This document shows positions 10,356-23,800 of a stretch of 64,000 bases of DNA, piece after piece. This stretch comes from an uncultured virus (IMG/VR IMGVR_UViG_3300031418_000012) (lineage: Duplodnaviria > Heunggongvirae > Uroviricota > Caudoviricetes): IMG/VR virus record IMGVR_UViG_3300031418_000012; one strand, 5' to 3'. The position numbers were made by a program, and so were the translations under genes. Positions within the stretch are counted from its first letter, which is position 1. Every line of letters begins with the position of its first letter. Under the pieces are notes generated by a model, which made no database searches, had not been told where the DNA came from, and saw only the letters and a program-made list of their open reading frames with translations.

Positions 10356-10844
10356 ATGAGTAATTGGGTTTTAACTAGTCAAGATGCTAAGCTATTAAAT
10401 GACATTAAACTGTTCGAAGGTACTATTGCATATCAAACTAAGGTTGGATATTTCAAGAATGGAAAGTTTAATGTTTACAAAGATAGTTTAGGTTATCCGA
10501 CAATTGGTTACGGTCACCTAGTACTTTCAAACGAAAACTTTGCACAAGGTTTAACTGAAAGTCAAGCTAATGACCTGCTAGCTAAAGATTTAGCTGCAAA
10601 AGTTTCAGACGCAAAATCGATTTATGAACAATATGGTATGAAAGGTAATATTGAATTACAGAAAGTTTTAACTCAAATGGTATTCCAGATGGGTAAAGGC
10701 AAAGTTCTACAATTCAAGAATACATTATCCTGTATGGCTCGTGGTGATTACAAAGGTGCTGCATCTGGAATGCGTAATTCTGCTTGGTATAAACAAGCAA
10801 CTTCACGTGCTGAATCTTTAGCACGTATTGTTGAATCGCTATAA
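10356..10844 (+). CDS. T4-type (GH24) lysozyme, paralogue of the gp5 C-terminal domain
   Basis: FEG...YKDSLGYPTIGYGH, MVFQMG, SAWYKQ..RA; strong AGGAGG RBS. Confidence 0.9.
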   Translation: MSNWVLTSQDAKLLNDIKLFEGTIAYQTKVGYFKNGKFNVYKDSLGYPTIGYGHLVLSNENFAQGLTESQANDLLAKDLAAKVSDAKSIYEQYGMKGNIELQKVLTQMVFQMGKGKVLQFKNTLSCMARGDYKGAASGMRNSAWYKQATSRAESLARIVESL

Positions 10845-10854
10845 GGGAAAAATA

Positions 10855-11244
10855 ATGGCAATTATATTCAAAGGATTTTCTTCTCCTATTGTGGGAAGGA
10901 CAAAAGTACTATACGACGTTGATTTAGTTAAACAGGATTTAATTAATCATTTTAATACTCGTAAGGGTGAAAGAGTGATGGATGTGGATTATGGTTTTAT
11001 CGGATGGGATTTACTATTCGAATTAGATAGACCTGGTAATGCACAATTACTGGAAGCAGATTGCAGAAATATAGTGTCGCAAGATCCTAGATTACAGTTG
11101 CTATCTATTACAGTTTCCAGCGTTGAATACGGTTACCAAATCAGCTTAGTACTTAACTATGTACAGTTAGAGACGGTAGAGGAATTATCGTTGGTGTTCG
11201 ATAATCGTTCACAACAACGTATGGCATTTGTTAATGCCGCATAA
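10855..11244 (+). CDS. gp25: Baseplate wedge subunit gp25-like
   Basis: NHFNTRKGERVMDVDYG and DPRL motifs. Confidence 0.85.
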   Translation: MAIIFKGFSSPIVGRTKVLYDVDLVKQDLINHFNTRKGERVMDVDYGFIGWDLLFELDRPGNAQLLEADCRNIVSQDPRLQLLSITVSSVEYGYQISLVLNYVQLETVEELSLVFDNRSQQRMAFVNAA

Positions 11245-11247
11245 GTC

Positions 11248-11277
11248 AAAGGCATCTTTCGAGATGCCTTTTCTTTT
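11248..11277 (+). terminator. Intrinsic terminator with UUCG loop
   Basis: GGCATCT-TTCG-AGATGCC followed by TTTTCTTTT. Confidence 0.85.
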
Positions 11278-11278
11278 G

Positions 11279-11286
11279 GATAAATA
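11279..11286 (+). promoter_or_regulatory. Late promoter GATAAATA
   Basis: TAAATA core between the terminator and the gp6 RBS. Confidence 0.65.
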
Positions 11287-11318
11287 TTTCTATATTATTA
11301 TATGAGGTGTATAAAAAC

Positions 11319-14300
11319 ATGGCACAACAAAAAAGACAATCTAATTTGTATGCTGCTGAAGATTGGACGCAAGTTTATGAAAGCTTTGCACAAATAAATC
11401 TTCAAGCTTATGATTTCGATACCATCCGTGAAAGTATGATTAACTATTTGCGTTTGACATATCCTGATTCATTCAATGACTGGATTGAAAACGATGAGTT
11501 CATTTTTATTCTAGATACAATTGCATTAATTGGTCAGAACTTAGCGTTCCGTATGGATATGAACAGTAGAGAAAACTTTCTGGATACTGCCGAACGTCGA
11601 GCTTCAGTACTTAAATTAGCAAAAATGATCTCTTATGCACCAAAACGTGCATATCCTGGACGTGGACTTGCGAAAGTAATGACCGTTAAAACAAACCAGG
11701 ACATTAAGAACAGTTTCGGTTCTTCATTACGTAACCAAATTATTCGCTGGAATGACCCAAGCGATCCTAACTGGTATGAAAACTTCATTCTTGTAATGAA
11801 CAGTGCTTTTGTGGATACGAACCAGTTTGGTGATCCAATTAAAAAAGTTATCGCCAATGGCGTAACTAATCAACTATACCAAATGAACACTATTCCAATG
11901 TCTGCTCCAAATATTCCATTCACTGCGAATATTAATGGTGAATCAATGACATTCGAAGTAGTCAACCCTGATATTACCAGTACAGGTACAGCACAAGAGC
12001 GTCATCCACAGCCACAAGAACAAAAACATATCATCTATCGTAACGATGGTAATGGATTCGAGTCTCCATATACTGGATTCTTTGTTTATTTCAAACAAGG
12101 TAACTTGTCATTCACTGATTATGACTATGAACAACGTATCGAAAACAGAACTCAAGATTTAGATACCAATAATATCAATGAAATTGACGTTTGGGTACAG
12201 GAAATTACCGAAGACGGTTTAGTACGTACTAAATGGACTCGTGTGCCAGCAATTGAATCAATTTCATATAACTCAGTAGACCGTAAACAGAAAAGTATCT
12301 TCTCTGTAACTACTCGTGATAATGACCAGATTACAATTAAGTTTCCTGACGCAAGAAGTGGTCAAGTTCCACGTGGATCTTATCGTTTCTGGTATCGTGT
12401 ATCAAATGGTGAGACTTATACGATTAAAACTACTGATATTCAGAACAAACCTGTACAATATACTTACAGAACTAATACTCAGTCAGAATACGAAAGCAGT
12501 ACTCTAGATATGCAGTTCAGTTTGCAATTCCAGTCATCATTAGCACAATCTAAAGAGACAATGGAGCAAATTAAAGAACGTGCACCACAACTGTACTACA
12601 CACAGAACCGTTTTGTTAACGGAGAAGATTATAATATTGCACCTTTGATGTTGGGTAACACTGTTTTAAAGGCTAAGGCAATTAATAGGATTTATTCTGG
12701 TCAATCACGCTTTATTGACATTAACGACCCGACCGGAAAGTACCAAAACACTGATGTATTCACCGATGATGGGGCAATTTACCGCGATGAAGTAAATGCA
12801 AGCAATTCGCTTCTACTTCCAAGTACAAAATCGAATGCAGCAATCGTTGTTGACGAAATTCAACCATTAATTTCGGATAATGCAGTAATTCAGCTTTATC
12901 AGGACTTCGAAGCTAACACAGTAAAGGTTTCTACTAATCAACAATGGAGTCCAGAGTTTAATTCGAACTATACTTCTAACACTTATGGACGTTTAATGTC
13001 TGCTAATGCTAATGTGGTATATGATATTGGTACAATTATCAATTTCCCAACCGCTTCCGGTACAGATGTATGGACTTCAGTAGTAGACGTGGTTGGTGAT
13101 GATTATATGGTTCTATCTGTACCAATTACAGCTAAGCAGCTATGTACTGAATACATCAAACCATTCCGTGTTAAATTCTCAAACGTAGAAGTGCAGACTA
13201 TTGCAGCTATGTTAGATAAAAAGACCGATTTCGTCATGATTTATGTTCCTAACACATTATCATGGGTTCCAATTCAAGGTACATACACTGGAAGTACAGT
13301 TCAGTATGAGAATTCTGCCTATCCAATTCTAATCAGCATCTCGTATACGGCTGAATCATGGGAATTCGTTTCCAATGGTGTAAATTACGTATTCGTTGGT
13401 GGAGATAAGGTACGATTCTACTTTGTTAGTACAGAAAATATCACTGATATTAGTACCGGTACAGTTCAATCGGATAAAATTGAGGTACTGTCTAATAACA
13501 CCAACTTCTCGAACAACAATGGTTACTCAACTGATGAATCTTTCCAGATTATAAAAACGGTTAATCAGGAAAATGGATATATTGATGGTTCTCGTGTAAT
13601 TGTGACCAGTTCACAGCGTGATAGTAATGGTATTCCACTAAATCCAAACCAGTTCAGAACGGTAGTTCCTTCATTAACAGGTGAAGAAAAGACTAAGTAC
13701 GAGCAGTGGTTAGTTTTTCAAGAAAACTCGGACTTTACTATTGATTTAGTTGATCCAACTGGTGGAAATTTTACTTTATTGGATTCAACTTGGAACTATA
13801 CACTAGCTCAAGTTAATGCTGAGACTGTTGCATACCGTAAAGCTGCACTATTACGTAATGTTGAGATGCGAAGTACGAGTATTACTAATCTTTATAATCG
13901 TGGCTCCGGCTTTGTTATTGGATTTGAGTATAATGGAACTGATTATTTCGTAAAACAGACTGTTGGAAATAATAATGACCGTTTAAACAACTTCCTATCT
14001 AATATGACTCTTTCGACTGACGGTAATCCATTGACACCTGAACAGGCGTTTGTCCGTGCAATTGAAAATATGAGCGTTGAAACAGCATCTGAAGCAACTA
14101 AACTTGATTATTATGGTTATATTAACGTAAGTACTGACTATTTCATCAAGAAAGATGCTCGTGTAGGAATTAATTATCATTGGAAGCACTATGCACCTGA
14201 TGATAACCGCATCGACCCAAGTAAAACCAACTTGATTGATATGTATGTTCTAACGAACTCATATAAGACAGCAGTTGATATTTGGTTGAAGCAGAATGAT

Positions 14301-14783
14301 GGTTCAGAATTCCCTAAACCACCTACAAGTTCAGAGCTAAATGAAATGTTTACTGAAGTTAACAACAAGATTGTTATCAGTGACAGTACAATTTGGCACA
14401 GTGCAACGTACTTGAAACTATTTGGTGATTCTGCTGACGCAGATTATCGTGCGGATTTCAAAGTTATTAAACTACCCAACTCAACTTTGAGTGATGATGA
14501 GATTCGTCAGAAGGTAATTTCACTAACTAATGACTTCTTCAGTGTAGATAATTGGGATTTCGGTGAAAGCTTCTATTATACAGAACTAGCAACGTACATT
14601 CACATTAATTTGAGTACTGAAATAGCTTCAGTGGTTATCGTTCCACAAAACACAAACTCTAAGTTTGGTGAGTTATTCGAGATTCCATGTGAATCGAATC
14701 AGTTATTCGTGAGTACCGCAACCGTTGATAATGTTATCATCGTTAACTCTCTAGCGAAAAGTAATATTAACATCGGACGTTAA
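11319..14783 (+). CDS. gp6: Baseplate wedge subunit gp6-like (extended)
   Basis: YDFDTIRESM, ENFLDTAERRASVLKLAKMISY and QNRFVNGEDY motifs; follows gp25. Confidence 0.85.
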   Translation: MAQQKRQSNLYAAEDWTQVYESFAQINLQAYDFDTIRESMINYLRLTYPDSFNDWIENDEFIFILDTIALIGQNLAFRMDMNSRENFLDTAERRASVLKLAKMISYAPKRAYPGRGLAKVMTVKTNQDIKNSFGSSLRNQIIRWNDPSDPNWYENFILVMNSAFVDTNQFGDPIKKVIANGVTNQLYQMNTIPMSAPNIPFTANINGESMTFEVVNPDITSTGTAQERHPQPQEQKHIIYRNDGNGFESPYTGFFVYFKQGNLSFTDYDYEQRIENRTQDLDTNNINEIDVWVQEITEDGLVRTKWTRVPAIESISYNSVDRKQKSIFSVTTRDNDQITIKFPDARSGQVPRGSYRFWYRVSNGETYTIKTTDIQNKPVQYTYRTNTQSEYESSTLDMQFSLQFQSSLAQSKETMEQIKERAPQLYYTQNRFVNGEDYNIAPLMLGNTVLKAKAINRIYSGQSRFIDINDPTGKYQNTDVFTDDGAIYRDEVNASNSLLLPSTKSNAAIVVDEIQPLISDNAVIQLYQDFEANTVKVSTNQQWSPEFNSNYTSNTYGRLMSANANVVYDIGTIINFPTASGTDVWTSVVDVVGDDYMVLSVPITAKQLCTEYIKPFRVKFSNVEVQTIAAMLDKKTDFVMIYVPNTLSWVPIQGTYTGSTVQYENSAYPILISISYTAESWEFVSNGVNYVFVGGDKVRFYFVSTENITDISTGTVQSDKIEVLSNNTNFSNNNGYSTDESFQIIKTVNQENGYIDGSRVIVTSSQRDSNGIPLNPNQFRTVVPSLTGEEKTKYEQWLVFQENSDFTIDLVDPTGGNFTLLDSTWNYTLAQVNAETVAYRKAALLRNVEMRSTSITNLYNRGSGFVIGFEYNGTDYFVKQTVGNNNDRLNNFLSNMTLSTDGNPLTPEQAFVRAIENMSVETASEATKLDYYGYINVSTDYFIKKDARVGINYHWKHYAPDDNRIDPSKTNLIDMYVLTNSYKTAVDIWLKQNDGSEFPKPPTSSELNEMFTEVNNKIVISDSTIWHSATYLKLFGDSADADYRADFKVIKLPNSTLSDDEIRQKVISLTNDFFSVDNWDFGESFYYTELATYIHINLSTEIASVVIVPQNTNSKFGELFEIPCESNQLFVSTATVDNVIIVNSLAKSNINIGR

Positions 14784-14787
14784 TACT

Positions 14788-14813
14788 AAGGGCATCTTTG
14801 TGATGCCCTTTCT
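14788..14813 (+). terminator. Intrinsic terminator
   Basis: GGGCATC-TTTGT-GATGCCC-TTT, stem nearly identical to the one at 11248. Confidence 0.75.
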
Positions 14814-14818
14814 ACTTC

Positions 14819-14826
14819 TATAAATA
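14819..14826 (+). promoter_or_regulatory. Late promoter TATAAATA
   Basis: Exact consensus upstream of the giant ORF. Confidence 0.75.
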
Positions 14827-14864
14827 AAACAAATGAGAGAAAGAATTTTTTATTGGAGAATATA

Positions 14865-17800
14865 ATGGCGAACGGATTTAAATTTCAGCCTTCAAAAGTG
14901 TCAGAAGCTGTTAATCAGAAGTTGTTCATAAAGAGATTACCAGAGTGGATGCAAAGTCTAGAACAGATTCAAATGTTCAGTAATGACATTATCCAGCAAT
15001 GGTTTAATCCAGCAGATGAAGAAATCGTAGACGGTTATATCGGTGATCGCGGGTCACCTGCGGCTTCAGGAAAGATCTTTTTGAATGAACTTGATGCTAA
15101 GCGTCAAGAATATCAGTTAAGTACTGCATATGTTTCACATAACTCAGATACAAGCGTTCGTTCTCTCCAGTTTTATCCTGATTTAGTTGGTTACTTGGAG
15201 CATTATGGTGCATTAACTGAGAACCAAGCACGTCTATTGAGTGGTAAGTTCTATTCATGGACACCACCAATCAACCCTAACAAACTACAAAACTATAGCT
15301 CATATCTTTGGGATACAGAAAACGAATATGGTATTTCTCCAGACTATATCGTAATGGAACGTGGTGCATTAAATGGTAACACTTGGTCATTACAGAACTT
15401 CTGGTACACCGTAGGTCAATCTCTACCTGACGGTACTGTTATTACTGAACAAAGTGCACAAGGTACTCGGTTCAAACGTGCACAAGCACCAATCATCGAA
15501 TATAATAAAAATATCGAATTGATGAACTACGGTACAACGTTTCGTGGTGTAGTGGACTATCTATCGGATTCTGTAAAACCAGAAGATATTGTTCAGAAAA
15601 ATGTGAGCAACAACGTTCGCGTGGATGGTCATATTCTACAAGCGGGTGACCGTATTCTATTCACGAGTATTGGTAACCCAGGCGAGAATAACCGTATCTA
15701 TAAAGTATACATCAAGCAAATGGCTGATGGTACACGCGTATATGGCCTTGTTCTTGACGAAGATGAAGAAACTACTGAACGTCCTACTGGCGAACCATTA
15801 ACTGGTGACGTTGTGCTAATTCGTTCTGGTGATACCTATGAAAATACTTCAGTGTATTGGAATGGTCGTGCCTGGACTACTGCACAGAGCAAGAGTGGTA
15901 TTAACACATTCCCAATCTTCCAACTATATGACAAGAACGGAATTAAACTAGATAACAGTACTGTTTACCCAAGCAGTACGTTTTCTGGTTCAAGCCTATT
16001 CGGTTTGAAAATTAACTTCAACTACGGTTTGGATAAGATTTATGGTAAGCACGTAGAACTAAGTTCTTACAATTACTATGTCTTTGAAAACTTCCTACAG
16101 ACTTCTCGTTATAATTATAACAAAGCTGGTGCGATTACTGAAATCCCAGGCTTGTATTTCTATAATGTAATTGATGCTAACGGTCAGAATCTAAAATCTG
16201 ATTGGGTAAGAAGTGAAGATGAATCTAAGCAATACGTTCGTCAAGTTCCAGAAGTTACTAAAACTTCTATGTACCGTGTGTTTAATACCGTTTCAGAAAT
16301 GAACTTATTTAAATCACCAATTGAGAACATGTTTGCTTACGTTGTTGAAAATGATACAACCTATAAGTATTACAAACCTAGTAACAGTACTTTCCTTCGC
16401 TGGAACGCAATTACTACCGTAGCAGTACAATCAGACCGCTTTGAACATACCTATGAGCTAGCTCAGAAGATTAATCCAACCGATTCTAAAGAAAGCTTGG
16501 ATGTATTCTTTAACGGTACAAAGACTTTTGATTACACTACTACTCTTAATGCAGATGGTAATGTTCAAAGCATTACTATGGCAGATGGTGTAACAATCAA
16601 CGAAGACAGCATTATTGAGATTGTAACCTACAGTCCAACTAAGGTTCCTGATGAATCACTAGGTGTATACCAGATTCCAATTAACCTACAGAACAACCCA
16701 TACAACGAATTTGTTGATTATATTCATCAAGGTGAATATACTCCACACTTCCTAGATATTATCGGTAAGAATATCACCGAAGGTTCTGTAAATGATTTAA
16801 ACAACTATGAACTTCTTTTAGAGAAAGGTTTAGTAGACAACTCTGTTGGTACTAAGATCATCCAGAACGAAACATCTCTACTACCATTGATGCTTCATAG
16901 TGCAAATGAAAACTTAGATCTATTCTCTGCAATTATCTTCACGCAGTACGAATATTTCCGTTTCAAAAACAAATTCACAACACAAATGATGAACATGTAC
17001 CAAAAAGATTCAGCAGGCTTCATGGCTGAAAGTGCATCGAACATTGTTGATTTGATTTTTAGTGCAATTAATGTTGGTAAAGATAACAACTTCCCATTTG
17101 CACTTGATAATGTTGGTACAAATACAACAACATCAAAGACATTTATTCCAACTACACCACAGTTCTTAGGTATTCTTAAAGCTTACTCTCCAGAGAAAGC
17201 AACTTACCTACACGTTGGACGTGATATTGGTTGCTATAACATCGACCACATGGGAGTTGCAAGCAAGGCATATCGCGTTGTAAACGGTGTTGATTTGATG
17301 GATGATGTAATTTATGAATTAGAAAATCGTATTTTCAATAGCATTGACAACACCTTTAAGACTGTTGACTATGTTCCTGCTATGACTACCGATTTCCTAA
17401 GACCAACTCCGTACTTCAACAATACTGAGTATACTCTAGACGAGTATATCCAACTTGAACTACGTGGTTACATTAACTTTATTGCAACTAACGGTATCGA
17501 GAACGGTACTCATGACTACGATCAAAGTAACTGGATGACTTGGAACTATACTGGTACGACTTATGTTGTCGATGGTAATCCAACTAATATTCCAGCACGT
17601 GGTTCATGGAGAGCAATCTATACTGATATGTACGGTACGTACCGTCCAGACACCCATCCGTGGGAAATGTTTGGATTTACCCAACGTCCAGATTGGTTTA
17701 ACCAAGAATACGAACCAACTAAAGTTCGTCTAGGCAATGATGTATCAGAATATGTGTACGTTTACACTGCGTATGTTACTAATGAAAATGGTGACCTAGT

Positions 17801-20800
17801 TCCTAGTGGACTATGGGATACTACTTCAGCTAAAGGTGACGCAAGTACTGGTACAATCCTACATGGTGCTCGTGCTGGTCAATACGATCAATACAAACGC
17901 TTTGGTAAACAACCGTTTGAACTAGTGAGTACTGGTAATTTTGCATCTGATGGTGAAGAAATTTTCGAACTAAATCTGATTGCTCCTGAAGTTTTAGGAT
18001 TGGTTAGTGGTGCATTATCACATATATCTGAACCTTGGGCTTATGGTGACATGGGCGATATGGAATTCACCTATATGAACACGCCTATGTACGCATATGA
18101 TCGTGTTATGGCTCTATTACGTGCTAAACCAGGCCAGTTCGCAAACTATTTCTATGATACAAAGGGTAGTACTGTTCAGAAGATTAAGAACGATGGTTCA
18201 CAATTCCTATACGGTGAAACTAACAAACGTCTAAACTTTGATTCAAGTACAATTGTACACGGTGAAAATAAGCAACGTATCTTAGGATACCAGACTTGGG
18301 TAAGCGATTACTTGATTTACCAAAATAAGAACGTAACAACTAACTACGGTGACATTCTTCGTTCTTCAGTAATCAATGTTGGTCATCGAATCGGTGGATT
18401 TACTAAGAGTGATCAGTTAACTTTCAGTTCTGATTCATTCGGCTTAGTTTCCCAAGAGAACCAACATATCGGTTTAGTGAAAAGTTCTGCATTCCGTGAT
18501 GAAGTTCTAAGTGCTGTCAAGATTCAATGGACAGGAAATGGTTTTTCTATCAGTGGATATGACCTAGTTGGTGCAAAACTAAAATATAAACTTCCTAATA
18601 AAACTGGTCGCCGTGTGTCGATTACAGTAGGGAAGCGTTCTGTAGTTCATTATAACGAGTATCTTAATCAGTACGGTGAATATGAATATGGAACATTACT
18701 AAAAACTTTCCAAGAAGTGTATACATTCCTTTGTGCATACGGTGAATACCTAGAAGAATCCGGTTGGATCTTTGAAGATGTGTCTGAAGATGGAGTAACA
18801 CAGGATTGGTCAGTAATTGGTAAGGACTTTATTAGCTGGAGTGCAACATCTCCTGTCGTTGGTGAGTATATTTCGGTATCTCCAAGTACTAAGAATGCAA
18901 AATTCGGTACTACCTTCGGTTCAGTCCAATCAGTAACACAATTTAATGGTGGTGTTTGGTCATTACTTGATGACACTAACACTGGTATTCGTCCATATGA
19001 GATTGATACTTCACGAATCGGTAACGTATTCAGCGTTCGTTTAGTTGATGATTCTGAAAAGAACATGTCACTAATTCGTGTAAGCGTTGTAGCATATGAA
19101 CACGCAGTTGTTTTCGATGACACAACTATTTTCGGTAATAGTATCTATATTCCTAAGTACGGCGTCGTGCACGAAATGCTTAAGATGTATGGTTACGTTA
19201 CTGGTTCATGGAATGGTCGTCTAGAAGCGAAAGGCTTTATTATCCTAGAAGCTGGTACAATGCCAGATTTCGAAAAAGTGGTTGATGATTTCAGAAGTTA
19301 TTACGATATTGATCATCCAGTGGATAACGTTACTCTACGTAACTTAGCTCGTCACTTAATCGGATTCCAGACTCGTGATTATATATCTCAGATGATTACA
19401 AGTGATACATCACAAATCGATTTCTATCGTGGCTTCATCCGTGATAAAGGTACTAATCAAGTGTTCGAACGCGTCCTACGTGTTTCTAAGTCTTACAACA
19501 CTGATAACTACAAAGCATTACAGGAATGGGCATTTAAAATTGGTGAATATGGTAACATATATGGTAAGAAACACCTACAGTTCCAACTAATCAATAATGA
19601 GTTCGCACAAGAACCACAACTATTCAGCTTCAGCGATACTGCTACACAAGACAGCACTGGAAATGATATTGTGTACTTCGGCTCACAGGGTGTAGATTCT
19701 CGCTGGATTACTCGTCCAAAAGGAACATTTGCATTCCCTACCAGAACTGGCAAGAGTGAAGCAATTCATCTACCAGATATTGGACCAGTGACCTTAGATG
19801 AAGTTTCTTACAGCACTCGCGACTTTGACACTGCATATTCTGACCGATTATCTTATATCAGCAATACTGGCAATACTCCTACTTCGGTATGGGTGCTACG
19901 CGATATGGATAACAACTGGAATATCTTTGAGTTAGAGAACACTGGTATTACACTATCAAGCATTACTCCAGTTGTTGTAGATGATACTTACCCTGGAAAT
20001 CACTGTACTTTAACATTAAGTGCAGCACATGGAATGGAAGATGGAGATTACTTCTTCTTCGTTGACCCATCTGAATATATGCCTGACCTTCTAAAGAAAG
20101 AAACTCAGTACTTTACCACTGGCGACAGTGCGACAAGCTTTGTTATTCCTTTAGATGTAACGAATACCATTACATTCTCTGATAATAACCCTGTACTATA
20201 TCGTTATGTTAACCGTTTCAGCACTGCTCAGAAACAAGAATACATCGATAAGAAGTACTCTTATGCAGCACCTGAAACAACATTGTTTGTTCGTCCAACT
20301 ACATATAACTCAGAAACTAACGTAACTGAACTTTATATGAACGTGTATGACCCAATCAACGGCGTAATTCCAGGTACAATCATGGCTGACATTTCATATG
20401 TAAGTCCAGTTGACCCAGCGAAGTACAACAGCGATCAAGAAACAATTCAGGCGTGGGGTTCAGAAAAAGTCGGAATGGTTTGGTGGAATACAACTAACGC
20501 ATTCTTCATGGACTATACCCGTCCTTTATATGATGAAGACGGTAATGTAGACGAAACGAAAACTACAGAGTATAAGCGTTACAATTGGGGTAAACTACTA
20601 CCAAACTCAGAAATCAACGTTTATGAGTGGGTGGCATCACCAGTTCTACCTTATCAATGGGATAAGTACTGTACCGACCAGGCTAAATTGAATAAAGATA
20701 GCACTGCGTGGGTTCCAAGTGGGGAAGCTATTGAGGATTATTTCTCAGAGTTTCAGGAATACGATGTAAGTACTAATAGTTACAAGACTGTATATTATTT

Positions 20801-23800
20801 TTGGGTTAAAAACGCAATTTACGTTCCAAAAGTTAAAAACAGAAACAAACCTTGTAATGAACTAGCAAGAACTATTCAAGACCCATCTTTACTTAACGCT
20901 CCTTGGTTCGCACCAATAAGTACAGATTCATTTATCATCAGTGGACTTCAACAAGAAATTACCGATGATAAGAGTGTTCTTTCCATCACATATCAAAATG
21001 ATGCAACTGAAGTAGTTAAACACGAACAGTTCCAACTTTGTCGTGAAGGTCAGGATTATAACTTTAACCCTGTTATTTGGGATTCTATGTGGAATTCGTT
21101 AATGTCTCAAGAAACTCTACCTGACGGAAAAGTATCTGAGTTGCATTACCCAACTAACAAAACCGGTATATTGCCTACTGAAACTTGGTTTGAAGATGTG
21201 ATTGAAGCACGTCGCAACTTTGTGTCAGCAGCGAACGAAATATACAAAACAATCAACGTTACGACAAACTCTGTTGTAATGGATGGTGTGTTTAACGTTA
21301 AGACTGTTGAAGATAACCCAAATCTAATCAGTTTTAAAGTATTAAACTACAATAACGAATTAGTAATCAATCCAGCACAAGATGTGTTCGCTGAGAATGA
21401 TGCTGTACTTGTAAACACTACTGGTACACTACCTTCTCCTTTGGATTCCACGACTGTGTACTTTGTGCACTTCGATGAGAATAACTATATTCGTTTAATG
21501 AACTCTCCAAGTACTAGCGGTTCTACCGTTTACATTACTCTTGAAGATAAAGGTGAAGGTCAACATAAGATGATTAAACAGTCTGATTATATTGAATCAC
21601 TAGGTACTTCATTGGATATGTCTCAGTACTGGACACTAGCTGACTGGTATGATGATGGTTACGATGAAAATACTTCTTACACTGATGAGACTAGTATTGA
21701 CGTCGCAAATCAGAAGAATTATCAAGAAGGTGATGTTATCAGAATTACTGATGCTGACGGTGTATGGACATTGTATGTTAAGACTCTATCACGTAATGTT
21801 GTTATCTGGCAAGCGATTGCAAGAGAGAATAGTACTGTTGCACTTAATAATCAATTGTTCTATGGATACGAACAGTATAATGCTGATGGTTCATTAAGTA
21901 ATGTCGAAACTAACGTTCGTAAAGCACTAGCTTTACTTAAGAATTCATTTGACACTACACAAAGTCGTTTAGTATTCGAAATGGTAAAATATGTTCACAC
22001 AGAACAAACAGTTGTTGATTGGGTATTCAAAACTTCGTATATCTACGTTATCGGCTTAGAGCAATCTCTAACACAGAGTGCAAATAGCGTTAACTTGATT
22101 GAACAAATCGTAGAGTACTTCGAAGAAGTTAAACCGTACAGAACGAAAATTCGTTCTCAGATTGAACAGAAAACTTCAAACACCGATGAAATGACGGGCA
22201 TTTCTAATGACCTAGATCCTAACGGATATGTCTTTGTAAATGGTGCTTGGGTTAAAACTGAAGATGATATTTGGGATCATGAATATGCTCAGTACAATAC
22301 AACAACATCCAAGTGGGAAATCGTAGGTTCACTACCTGCTGGATTTAAATCTCCTTCTCGTGCATTCCAAGAATCATACGAGATGTTAGTATACGATAAC
22401 TTCCAGTGTACACCAGATGAAGATTTGGGTACTGTACTAGATCTTGAAAAAGTTAATAGCTCTTTCATGACAAATACAAACGATATTCTACCAGTTGGAA
22501 GCCATTATAAGCTACAACGTTATTCATTCACATATCCAGTGATTGATACAGCTTCTATCAATAATAATGTTCTTATTGGTATTAGTGCTCTTTATTCTGA
22601 TATTGACACCACACTTTCATTACAGGATGCAATTAAAGCTCAGTTACAAAGCTACAAAGACGATGTAGAAAAATCAGATAAGTTCATCGCTGATTTGGAA
22701 ACAGTGTCTAGCAGCGTAATAAGTTCTAACCCATCTGTTAAAGTGGCTAATGAGTACAATCAGTACAATACATTAGCGAACAGAAGAAGACTATACACCT
22801 CATTAAGCAATAGCTCAATTTCTCAGGAAGTTGGTTGTCCGTTTAAGGGGAGAGTGTTAACAGACAACTTGAATACACGCTTACCATTTGGTTATGCGGC
22901 GTCGAACAACGAAACTTACGGCTATACAATGTATAGTAGAGAGTTGTATGATAAGTTTGTTTCTCTTACAAAAGAGGCGAACCCAACGTTTACCACCGAT
23001 GAAATCAACGATTACCTAGTGTATGAGTACGGTTTATATCCTTGGATGTACGATATGGACGATGTTAATGACTCTGGAAATCATACAGGTAAGAACTATC
23101 TAGATACACTATATGTACTAACAGCAATGAGAAATACATATAATCCAGATAATGATGACCAGTTCGAGATTGCAAGACAAATTCTTAAAACTCCAACGAT
23201 TGATATGTACTGTATGGTAATGATTCCACGTAAATTGGTCAAAATCAAAGATGTTAACACCGATCAATATCTATCAGTACCGATGGATGTAAGTTTAGAT
23301 ACTTTCATGGAAGATGCTCTTATTGTGAATAACGATGTAGTTGCAATGGAAGACTTCAACTTAGATGACATTGAGTTAGATATTAATAACCCACTATATG
23401 ATGAAATTCAAGATGTGATCACTGTAAGTTCTAAGATGTACTTGAATGATGCTAACGCATTTGACAGTTCAGGTTTAGAATCACAGACTAAAGATATTGT
23501 ATATTCAGCTTCTGGTGATGTTAGTACTACAAAAGACCCTGTGTTTATTGATGTATCTGACATTAACCCATTAGGGAATGATGCAGCACAAATGAGATTC
23601 ACCGTAAGTGGATATGGTTATGAAACTGCTGGAAACACGCAGCTTAAATCTCAAGGTAACTTCCAGATTGAGGGTTATGTAGTTCAAAACCCATACAATA
23701 CTAAAGAAGCTATCGTAAGTATCCCACGTTATGATCAAGCAATTGAATACATGCAACGTGATTTGATTTCTAGAAGTACTATTCGCTATTCTTACAAGAT

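Noticed and set aside
4184..14783. Bacterial T6SS/eCIS locus
   Set aside because: Accompanied by neck, gp4, gp55, gp46/47 and phage late promoters, so a phage tail module
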